From Candidatus Sumerlaeia bacterium (GTDB lineage: Bacteria; Sumerlaeota; Sumerlaeia; SLMS01; JANRJK01), in assembly GCA_033764015.1 (NCBI GenBank), contig JANRJK010000002.1, forward strand, positions 32,001 to 96,000: DNA of 64,000 nt. The letters run 5' to 3'. The notes below the pieces were generated by a model, which did not search any database, was not told where the DNA came from, and was given only the letters and a program-made list of their open reading frames with translations. Both the position numbers and the translations under genes were made by a program. Below are positions 34,292-43,190 of this stretch, piece by piece (within the stretch, counting starts at the first letter, position 1; each line of letters opens with the position of its first letter).

Positions 34292-34624
34292 TGAAGGGGA
34301 GCGGGGGCGCCGGACGCCCCCGCCAGCACGGTAGCAGCTAGCGCGAGCGCTTTCCCAACGTCGCCCGCGCTGTGCGTGGCCTTGCCCCCCTCGGGCAGCC
34401 CTGCCTTTGCCTGGCAATCGCCTTCGCTCCGTAGGCCCGCATTTGCCCCTCGAATTCGCCCTTGCCGACGGCACTTCGCGATTGCGCGCATGCACGGAGG
34501 TCGCGAAAATCGCCTACAAGAGCGGGTAAGACCTCGCAACGCCCGCCCGCAACTCTAGTCCCTAAACCGAAACGGTGGCTCAGCGCCCGCTACCGCCTCA
34601 GGCCCCCTCAAGAGACGAAACTCG

Positions 34625-35809
34625 ATGAACGATGTCCTGTTGCTACTTGCCGCTTCGACTTCGGCCGACCTGAAGGTCTGGGCCTACGTCGGGTTTATTG
34701 CCCTCGTGATTGTCTTCCTTGCGCTCGATCTGGGTGTCTTCCATCGGGAGGCCCACGAGGTAGAGATGAAGGAGGCCGTTACCTGGTCGATCATCTGGCT
34801 GACATGCGGCATCGCATTCTCGGGCGTCGTCTACTTGGCGTATGGCAACCATTGGCTAGGACTAGGCCTTGACACGCCCAAGTACAGCACGGCGGAGGCG
34901 TTCAAGGCCGGGGCTCCACTCATCGTATCGGGCGAGGTTACGGGGATAGAAGCGGCCAAGCAGTATCTGGTGGGCTACGTCGTCGAAAAGTCGCTGGCGA
35001 TGGACAACATCTTTGTCATCGCCCTGATCTTTGCGTTCTTCGCTGTCCCGGCTAAGTACCAGCACCGGGTACTTTTTTGGGGTATCATCGGGGCGCTGCT
35101 GATGCGCGGCGGGATGATCTTCCTTGGCGCGGGACTGATCATGAAGTACCAGTGGATTCTCATTATCTTCGGAGGATTCCTGATCCTCACGGCCTTGAAA
35201 ATGGCACTCTTGAAGGGCAACGACGACGTTTCGCAAAACGTGGTTGTTCGTCTTTGCAAGAAGTTTCTGCGGGTGACCGAGTTCTACGACGGACAAAAGT
35301 TCTTCACGCGACGAACGCTCAAGCCGACCTATAGCATCGATGCTACCGGTAAAGAAGTAATGGACCCAGCGCCTCCAGGTTCGCTGAGCGCAACTTGGGC
35401 AATTACTCCCTTGTTCTTGGCGCTGATTATGGTGGAGATCACCGATCTCGTCTTTGCGGTGGACTCCATCCCGGCCATCTTCGCCATTACGCCCGACCCG
35501 TTTATCGTCTTCACAAGTAACATCTTCGCCATCCTCGGGTTGCGTGCCTTGTACTTCTGTCTGGCGGCACTGATCCAAAAGTTCCGGTTCCTCAAGCCGG
35601 CGCTGATCCTCATCCTAGCGTTTGTGGGGGTGAAGCTGCTTCTCCTGAGCCTGCCACCGTATCTGGATGTGATTGGCTTGACCAAGTCTGACCCGATCAA
35701 GATCGACACGACGGTATCGCTCCTGGTCGTCGTGGGAACGTTGGTACTCGCCACGATCCTAAGTATCGCGATGCCGTCCAAGCCGTCGTCGAAGGCGCCC
35801 ATTGGCTGA
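34625..35809 (+). CDS. TerC/Alx-family metal (Mn) homeostasis membrane protein
   Basis: LALDLGVFHR, GYVVEKSLAMDNIFVI, YQHRVLFWGI, EITDLVFAVDSIPAI, TSNIFAILGLRALY; more A/T at third positions than neighbours. Confidence 0.93.
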   Translation: MNDVLLLLAASTSADLKVWAYVGFIALVIVFLALDLGVFHREAHEVEMKEAVTWSIIWLTCGIAFSGVVYLAYGNHWLGLGLDTPKYSTAEAFKAGAPLIVSGEVTGIEAAKQYLVGYVVEKSLAMDNIFVIALIFAFFAVPAKYQHRVLFWGIIGALLMRGGMIFLGAGLIMKYQWILIIFGGFLILTALKMALLKGNDDVSQNVVVRLCKKFLRVTEFYDGQKFFTRRTLKPTYSIDATGKEVMDPAPPGSLSATWAITPLFLALIMVEITDLVFAVDSIPAIFAITPDPFIVFTSNIFAILGLRALYFCLAALIQKFRFLKPALILILAFVGVKLLLLSLPPYLDVIGLTKSDPIKIDTTVSLLVVVGTLVLATILSIAMPSKPSSKAPIG

Positions 35810-35884
35810 GCCGAGGTGCGAGCCCCGCAAGGGGCTTGGCCGCCCGAGCTTTTGAGGTGCCTCGAAGAGGGGCGCGGTGAGGGG

Positions 35885-36025
35885 TCCCGCGGCTGCATCG
35901 TCTCCGGCGAGGGCGAACGCCCCGGCGATCCCTCGCCGCGCGTCGCCGTTCTCGGCTGCGACAACCTCGTCATGCCGAAGGACCGCGCGCAGAACGTGAA
36001 GCTGGTGGCGGGGGATGGCTGGTGA
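35885..36025 (+). pseudogene. Direct repeat copy 2: degenerate manC 3' fragment with a 30-bp internal deletion
   Basis: SRGCIVSGEGERPGDPSPRVAVLGCDNLVMPKDRAQNVKLV versus manC SRGCIVYGEGERPGDPSPRVAVLGCHNLV[IAVSGNRVLV]MPKDRAQDVKLV. Confidence 0.88.
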
Positions 36026-36109
36026 GGAAGCAAGAGCGCGCGCAAGAAAGGGGTTGACTTGTGTGTGTGTGCGTGCCAAATGCAGGTGCCTTGGAGGAGG
36101 CTTAGCCAC

Positions 36110-36580
36110 ATGCCCAGATTCAAACGAGCATTCTTCGCACTCATCGTCGCCGCTGGGTTGACCTCACCGCCAACCCCCGTGTCGTCCGCCTGCCAATGCG
36201 ATGTCGCCAATGACGTAAACTGCGACCTAGCTACCGGCACCTGCGCCTCCCTGTTTCCCGCGATAACGGTCTATATCAAGACCGGTGAGGCGGTGGGCTG
36301 TCCATTTCGCTTCGAATGGACCCCGGGGACGGCGGCCAATCCCACCGTGCGTGCCTACACGGCCCGCTCAGCCAGAATTCTGATCAGCTACCGTCACGAT
36401 AAGACAAAGGCCGGATGCTGTAGCCTTTGTGTCACTGCTCGTACCTGCGTTCAACTTTGTTCGGTGTATGAATACTACGCCGATCCGAACGCGAATTGCA
36501 ATACGTTCGGCGGAACCCCCATTCCCGAACAACCGATCTATCAGCCCGGTCGCAACCGCTGTACAGCCACCTGCAACTAA
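36110..36580 (+). CDS. Secreted cysteine-rich orphan protein (156 aa, 13 Cys)
   Basis: GGAGGAGG 36093-36100 before ATG 36110; signal peptide MPRFKRAFFALIVAAG; all Cys lie in the mature part. Confidence 0.75.
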   Translation: MPRFKRAFFALIVAAGLTSPPTPVSSACQCDVANDVNCDLATGTCASLFPAITVYIKTGEAVGCPFRFEWTPGTAANPTVRAYTARSARILISYRHDKTKAGCCSLCVTARTCVQLCSVYEYYADPNANCNTFGGTPIPEQPIYQPGRNRCTATCN

Positions 36581-36595
36581 TCGGGGAGATCCACG

Positions 36596-37630
36596 ATGAC
36601 CATCTCAATGGCAGTAGTCCTAGTAGTCCTCCTAAGCAAAGGGGCAACGGATACAGAGGTGCCCTGCGTCCCCACACTGGCGAACGCCTCATTCATCGTT
36701 AGGGGCTCAATAGCTGAAAGCACCAACATAATCGACTACGGTGGGGGAATGTTGCTTGGAGATGGGGAGTGGCTCTACGCCCGGGACGCGGATGCCGATC
36801 TGGAGCGCTACTCGGGCCCCTGCGCGACGACGCGAGCAACCGGGTTCACCACTCCCTGCGCATTGGTCTCAAGGCTGTTCATTTCAGACTTCGACCAGCC
36901 AAACAGCCCAATCCTGATCAACATCAACAGAGGAGGAACGGTGCGCGGAATGTACGGACGCTACAACGCATTCGCCTTCCTCTTCGGCTTGAACGAGAAC
37001 GGGTGGGTTGGTGCGGGCGAAACCTCCTTCGAGGCGATTGCGTCCAGTCCGTTATGGACTAAGGAAGTTACCGATACGGGGAAGTTCCTGTTGACCCGCG
37101 AATGGTTTCACGAGGCCCCCTACGATTACATCCGCAAGCGGTCTCAGGTCCACATCTCAACCAAGGGATTGGTGGAAGGTTGGACCTCTTGGACATTCGA
37201 TGAGAGGCCCACGGAGCCGGAGCCGAACGAGGTGCGCGACATTTGGTGGACCGTGCGCTTCGCGGACATCAAGATGATCGATGGGTATCAGGTGCCCACG
37301 AAGTTCCTTGTTACCGGTGGAACCGGGCGCGACGTGGTAATCCCGCAGGATTCCGTGCCGCTGCCGTGGTACGATGAGATCAAGATCGGCCCCAAGGCGC
37401 TCGATGGACTTCAGCTTATCGTGGACGACATGGAGTCCGGCGGACTTGAGGACTACATGGCGGCGAACCAACTCACTCCCGAGACGGTGGAGTTTCTCGT
37501 CGAAACGGTCAACGCGGAGCCCGGGGTTCCCGCCGAATACCGCCGCGGGGCTTGGAGCGCGCAGGACTACCTTGACGAGTGCGCACCGACCAAACCCGAC
37601 CCCGCGGTTTCCCGCAAGCGCGCGCGCTGA
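36596..37630 (+). CDS. Secreted hypothetical protein
   Basis: GGGGAG SD; hydrophobic N-terminus; acidic, beta-rich; IDGYQVPTK resembles the end of LolA-like/DUF2092-type folds. Confidence 0.7.
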   Translation: MTISMAVVLVVLLSKGATDTEVPCVPTLANASFIVRGSIAESTNIIDYGGGMLLGDGEWLYARDADADLERYSGPCATTRATGFTTPCALVSRLFISDFDQPNSPILININRGGTVRGMYGRYNAFAFLFGLNENGWVGAGETSFEAIASSPLWTKEVTDTGKFLLTREWFHEAPYDYIRKRSQVHISTKGLVEGWTSWTFDERPTEPEPNEVRDIWWTVRFADIKMIDGYQVPTKFLVTGGTGRDVVIPQDSVPLPWYDEIKIGPKALDGLQLIVDDMESGGLEDYMAANQLTPETVEFLVETVNAEPGVPAEYRRGAWSAQDYLDECAPTKPDPAVSRKRAR

Positions 37631-37708
37631 AGTCTTGTCAGCCGCCGAACTCGCACCGCCGCCGGGAGCCATAGGTGCCTGCCGGCGGCTCCTTGTTCCG
37701 CCCTGCCA

Positions 37709-38848
37709 CTACTGCACCCACGCCCCCGTGTAGAACCGCGCGGCGACCGCGGCCCCCGCGGCGACGGCGGCGAAGGCCGCCGCCGCGGCGCTCCAGCGAC
37801 GGTCCGCGAGCGGCGCCGCCAACGCCACCCACAGCGGGAACAGCACGCCGGAGTAGCGGATCGTGCTGCGGATGCCGTCGCCGCCGAGCGCCAGCACCGG
37901 AAAGAGCGCGCCGAGCAGCGCGAAGGCGCGCCACTCCGCGGGGATGCCGCGGCGCCGAGCCGCCCACAAGGCACCCGCTAGGCAGAGCAGCGCCCAGGTG
38001 CCGTCCAGCGGCACGCCGAAACCCGCGCCCGGCTCGCGGCGCAGGAACGCCGACATCCGGGGCAGGTACCCCGCGGCGAAGCCGAACGGCTCGACACCCC
38101 AGGCGCGCTGCCCGCGCATCGGGGCAGTGGCGTCGCCGAGCGCTAGGTGGCAGTACGCGAGGAACGCCAGCGTCCCCGCGGCGCCGGCCGCCGCGACCGC
38201 GCACGCCTGCGGCAACCGGTTCCCCGCCCCGCGCGCCCGCCACAGCTCCACCGCGGCGATCGCCGCCGGCAGCAGCCACCCGTTCGATCGGCTGAGCGCC
38301 AGCGCGAAGGCGCACGCCGCCGCCAGCCCCGGGCGCCTCCGCTCCCACGCAAGGAGCAGCGCGACGCAGAGCGCGAAGAACAGCGACTCGGTGTACGGGA
38401 GCGACCAGTAGAGCGCGGTCGGTCCCGCGGCCATGAAGAGCAGCGCCAGCACCGCGGCGCGCCGCTCGACGCGCCCCTCAAGCAGCTTCGCCAGCCCGAC
38501 CAGCGCCGCGAGGTGCGCCAGCGACGAGAGCGCCGCGCCCGCGAACGGCAGCCCCGCGTCGCCCGCCACCACTCGCGCGCCCGCCAGCAGCATCGGCCAC
38601 AGCGGGAAGAACACCGGATTCTGCCAGGCGCCGGACGACGGGTCCCACGCGTAGCCGTCGCGGGCGATGCCGAGGTACCAGGTCGAGTCCCACAGCGCCA
38701 GCACCTCCGACGGCGGCAGCGCGCGCCCGGCGCTCCAGACCGCCAGGTACACCAGCAGCAGGGCCAGCCGCCCCGCCAGCCAGAGCGCCGCCGCCACCGT
38801 GGCGAGCGGCATCTCGGCGAAAAGGCGGGCGGCGGGGGGCGCGGACAT
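37709..38848 (-). CDS. PIG-V-like GT-C mannosyltransferase
   Basis: WDSTWYLGIARDGY, VFFPLWP, PYTESLF, SRSNG, RYSGVLFP; polytopic. Confidence 0.85.
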   Translation of the reverse strand: MSAPPAARLFAEMPLATVAAALWLAGRLALLLVYLAVWSAGRALPPSEVLALWDSTWYLGIARDGYAWDPSSGAWQNPVFFPLWPMLLAGARVVAGDAGLPFAGAALSSLAHLAALVGLAKLLEGRVERRAAVLALLFMAAGPTALYWSLPYTESLFFALCVALLLAWERRRPGLAAACAFALALSRSNGWLLPAAIAAVELWRARGAGNRLPQACAVAAAGAAGTLAFLAYCHLALGDATAPMRGQRAWGVEPFGFAAGYLPRMSAFLRREPGAGFGVPLDGTWALLCLAGALWAARRRGIPAEWRAFALLGALFPVLALGGDGIRSTIRYSGVLFPLWVALAAPLADRRWSAAAAAFAAVAAGAAVAARFYTGAWVQ

Positions 38849-38957
38849 GCGGAGAGGCTTCCCGCGCCCGCGCCGCCGGGCAAGCGGGCGCTCTCCGCTT
38901 GTGGACCGCGCGCCTCCCCGGCAGCATCCTCGCATCCCCCCCGGATGCGCGCCCCCC

Positions 38958-40124
38958 ATGATTGGCGAAGACCGCAACTCCCGAATCGAGTCGGGCACCG
39001 TCAGCCGCACCGAAACGCAGTGGACGAAGCTGCGCGGCAGCAACATGTGGGTGCTGTCGAACTCCGCCGCGGGCAAGATCGTGAGCGACAAGTTCGGCCC
39101 CGCCGCGCGCAAGAAGCCCAACTACATCCCCATCGGCCGCGAGGTGAAGATCCTCATGGACCTCGTGTCCGAGGGCGTCCCGGTGGTGCTCACGGGCCCC
39201 CCGGGCATCGGCAAGACGACGCTCATCACGATGGTGTACCACCAACTCGGCCTGCCGCTGCAGACCTTCCTCGCGTCCTCCGCCACGCAGGCGCACGAGC
39301 TGATGGGGCGCATCGGCGCCGGCGGCGTCGAAGGCGAGCTCACCTGCTGGATCGACGGCAAGCTCTCGCTCGCCTCCCGCGCCGCCGCCGGCGGACTCGT
39401 CAGCGGCTTCTACCTCGACGAGGTGATCAAGCTCCCCAACGACATCGCCTCGGTGCTCTTCTCCGTGATCGACTCCCGCGCGACGCTGCCGCTGCCCACC
39501 GGCGAGGAGATCCTCATGGGGCAGAACCTCAAGTGCGTCTTCTCCTACAACCCCACCAAGGGCCGCCACCTCGAGGACGCGCTCCGCTCGCGCATGACGG
39601 CGATCCGCATGGGCTACGCCCCCATCGAGGTGGAAACGAAGGTGCTCCTTTCGCCCGACATCGGCAACCTCGGCGGCGTCCGCTCCGGCGCCGAGATCGC
39701 CCGCGGCCTCGTCACCTTCGCCAATGTGATCCGCTACGCCCACGGCTTCGACGTCGACGAACGCACGCCCAAGCCCTCCGACGCCGAGAAGAAGCTGCTT
39801 CAACTCCTCCCCGGACCGCCCAGCACCCGCAGCCTCGTGGTCGCCTCGCGCATGATCGCCCGCGGCGAGTACAACCCGCAGGAGGCGCTCGAACTCTTCG
39901 TGGTCCCCTCGCTCCTCCAGGACACGCACGACTTCGAAATGCCCTCGCTCATCGGCCTTATGGACAAGCTCTGCAAGGAGCTGATCCCGGACGTGAAGCT
40001 CGTCGATTCGCACCGCAGCGTCCTCGCCGACTTCAACGACGGCGTGACGGAGCAGACCGCGAAGGAGTACGAGACCAGCCTGATCGCCGCGCAGGTGATG
40101 CGCGAGTGGAAGAAGCGCGGCTGA
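38958..40124 (+). CDS. MoxR-superfamily AAA+ ATPase (CbbQ/NirQ/NorQ-like)
   Basis: YIPIGRE, GPPGIGKT, WIDGKL, YLDEV, SYNP, ALRSR, STRSLV. Confidence 0.85.
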   Translation: MIGEDRNSRIESGTVSRTETQWTKLRGSNMWVLSNSAAGKIVSDKFGPAARKKPNYIPIGREVKILMDLVSEGVPVVLTGPPGIGKTTLITMVYHQLGLPLQTFLASSATQAHELMGRIGAGGVEGELTCWIDGKLSLASRAAAGGLVSGFYLDEVIKLPNDIASVLFSVIDSRATLPLPTGEEILMGQNLKCVFSYNPTKGRHLEDALRSRMTAIRMGYAPIEVETKVLLSPDIGNLGGVRSGAEIARGLVTFANVIRYAHGFDVDERTPKPSDAEKKLLQLLPGPPSTRSLVVASRMIARGEYNPQEALELFVVPSLLQDTHDFEMPSLIGLMDKLCKELIPDVKLVDSHRSVLADFNDGVTEQTAKEYETSLIAAQVMREWKKRG

Positions 40125-40131
40125 CCGCCCA

Positions 40132-40800
40132 ATGGCGCACGCCGACGGCTTCATCCCCTACGATCCGCCGCGCCTCGAGCCGGAGGAGGCGCTCGCCCGC
40201 GCGCGCGCCTTCCGCGAGTCCCTCGGCGGGCGCCGCAGCGTCCGGGACTTCTCCACGCGACCGGTCGATCCCGAACTCATCGAGGAGGCGGTCCGCGCCG
40301 CCGGGCTCGCCCCCAACGGCGCCAACATGCAGCCGTGGACCTTCGTCCTCGTCACCGATCCGGAGCTGAAGGCGAAGATCCGAGAAGCCGCCGAGGCGGA
40401 GGAGCGCGAGACCTACGCGAACCGCATGAGCGACGAGTGGCGCGCGGCCCTCGCGCCCCTCGGCACCAACTGGGAGAAGCCCCACCTCACCGACGCGCCC
40501 GCGCTGCTGGTGGTGTTCGAGCAGGCCTACGGCGTCGCGCCCGACGGCTCGAAGGTGACGCACTACTACGTGAAGGAAAGCGTCGGCATCGCCGCCGGCT
40601 TCCTGATCGCGGCGCTGCACCAGGCGGGCCTGGCCACCCTGACGCACACGCCCAGCCCCATGGGCTTCCTGCGCGAGCTGCTGGGCCGCCCCGTCAACGA
40701 GCGCGCCTTCGTGCTGCTCCCGGTCGGATACCCGGCGGAGGGATGCACGGTGCCACGGATCACCAAGAAGGGCCTCGACGAGATCCTCGTCCGCCGCTGA
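40132..40800 (+). CDS. Nitroreductase-fold iodotyrosine deiodinase-like flavoprotein
   Basis: RRSVRDFS, APNGANMQPW, EAEERETY, LGTNWEKPHL, YYVKESVGIA, LTHTPSPMGFL, LPVGYP. Confidence 0.88.
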   Translation: MAHADGFIPYDPPRLEPEEALARARAFRESLGGRRSVRDFSTRPVDPELIEEAVRAAGLAPNGANMQPWTFVLVTDPELKAKIREAAEAEERETYANRMSDEWRAALAPLGTNWEKPHLTDAPALLVVFEQAYGVAPDGSKVTHYYVKESVGIAAGFLIAALHQAGLATLTHTPSPMGFLRELLGRPVNERAFVLLPVGYPAEGCTVPRITKKGLDEILVRR

Positions 40801-40889
40801 ACCGGCGGACGGGGGAAGCGAAAACGCTTGCCAAGCCCGCCCGCCCGGCGGTGTCCTAAGTGGCTTGCGCGGCGAAACGCCGCGCCCAT

Positions 40890-40985
40890 CACTCACGCCT
40901 TCCGATGACGCGTTCCGGTGTTCCGTTCGGGAGTTCAAACCCGGCGGAATGGACGCGCCGCGCGACGAAGGCGGAGGGAAAACCA
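40890..40985 (+). ncRNA. rpsB (S2/t44-like) autoregulatory leader
   Basis: CGCCTTC 40896-40902 pairs with GAAGGCG 40967-40973; internal CCGGTG; GGAGG...AAACC after the stem; lies directly before rpsB. Confidence 0.65.
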
Positions 40986-41000
40986 CCCCAGGAGACGAGC

Positions 41001-41813
<813 letters not shown>

Positions 41814-41829
41814 CGCCAAACGCGTCGCC

Positions 41830-41864
41830 GCGCCGGGGGGCGGGTTTTCCTCGCCCCCCGGCGC
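41830..41864. terminator. GC hairpin between rpsB and tsf
   Basis: GCGCCGGGGGGCG...CGCCCCCCGGCGC, 13-bp stem; no U tract. Confidence 0.4.
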
Positions 41865-41936
41865 ACAACCCCCGTTCAATCCCGGGGATCAACGCCGGAA
41901 CACGCCGGACTCCAACACACCCAAGGTAAACACAGC

Positions 41937-42806
41937 ATGTCCACCACCATCACCGCGAAGATGGTCGCCGACCTCCGCGCCCAGACCGGCGCCGGCATGT
42001 CGGATTGCAAGAAGGCCCTCGAAGAAGCCCAAGGCAACCTCGAGGAAGCCGTCAAGGTCCTCCGCGAGCGCGGCATCCTCAAGGCCGCCAAGCGCGCCGA
42101 CCGCAACGCCACGGAAGGCCTCATCGGCGTCCAGATCTCCGCAGACCACAAGACCGGGGCCCTCGTCGTCCTCAACTGCGAAACCGACTTCGCGGCGCGC
42201 AACGACCGCTTCACCGCCGCCCTCGAGGAATACAAGCAGGCCGCCCTCGCCGCCGCCACCAGCGACCTCGACACCTTCCTCGCCGCCAAGACCGCCTCCG
42301 GCGCCACCGTCAAGGAGTCCCTCGACTCCATGACCGCCGTCATCGGCGAGAAGATCGAAATCTCCGGCGTCCACTTCGAAGGCGGAGACGTCGTCACCGG
42401 CTACATCCACCCCCCCGGCAAGATCGCCGTCCTCCTCACCGGCACCGGCGCGGGCCTCTCCGGCGACACCGCCGCCAAGGCCGGCGCGATCCTCCGCGAA
42501 GTCGGCATGCACGTCGCCGCCTACGCCCCCCGCTTCCTCGACGCCTCCGCCATCGACGAGGCGACCATCGCCTCCGAGCGCGAGATCGCCAAGAACATCG
42601 CCCTCAACGAAGGCAAGCCCGCCGCCATGGTCGACAAGATCGTCGACGGCAAGATGAAGAAGTTCGCCGCCGAAAACGCCCTCCTCCTCCAGGCCTTCGC
42701 CAAGGACGAGTCCGTCACCGTCGGCCAGTTCATCGAGAACGAAGCCAAGAAGGCCGGCTTCCAGCTCAAGCTCACCGCCTTCAAGCGCGTCGCCATCGGC
42801 GCCTGA
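41937..42806 (+). CDS. tsf: Elongation factor Ts
   Basis: LRAQTGAGMSDCKKAL, LNCETDF, IGEKI, MHVAA. Confidence 0.97.
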   Translation: MSTTITAKMVADLRAQTGAGMSDCKKALEEAQGNLEEAVKVLRERGILKAAKRADRNATEGLIGVQISADHKTGALVVLNCETDFAARNDRFTAALEEYKQAALAAATSDLDTFLAAKTASGATVKESLDSMTAVIGEKIEISGVHFEGGDVVTGYIHPPGKIAVLLTGTGAGLSGDTAAKAGAILREVGMHVAAYAPRFLDASAIDEATIASEREIAKNIALNEGKPAAMVDKIVDGKMKKFAAENALLLQAFAKDESVTVGQFIENEAKKAGFQLKLTAFKRVAIGA

Positions 42807-42835
42807 AGCCAGCCTCGCAACACCGGAACATCACG

Positions 42836-42864
42836 CGGGCGCGGAGGAAACACCTCCGCGCCCG
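42836..42864 (+). terminator. Hairpin after tsf
   Basis: CGGGCGCGGAGG-AAACA-CCTCCGCGCCCG, perfect 12-bp stem. Confidence 0.55.
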
Positions 42865-43190
42865 TCGCCGTTCCACCCCGGCACCCGCCCCCCGCCACCC
42901 CTGAACCAAGGGTGAACCCCAGCCACCCGCCCCCGAACCCTCACCGGCCCACCACCGGTTGATACGGGGATGATACGCGGATGATCTCCGGGGCGGGAAA
43001 GGGCGCAGCCGAGGGGGCTGGAATTCGGGGTTTTCCCTAGTCAGGTTGGCCCGGGCGGAAGCACGGGTCATTGCTGATATGTATCTAATAGTTGTCCGTG
43101 ATTTAATCATTCTGCTTGCGTGGCGGGGCCAAGCACGGGATCATCCCTCCATGAATTGAACAGGGCCGCCGCCCTTGGGGAGCAGGACAC

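Noticed and set aside
34292..37630. Prophage, integron or IS explanation for the low-GC islands
   Set aside because: No integrase, transposase, phage gene, attC-like array or terminal inverted repeat was recognisable.
43070..43110. dif/Xer site or replication origin in the AT-rich patch
   Set aside because: No convincing XerD arm (TTATGTTAAAT) and no DnaA boxes.
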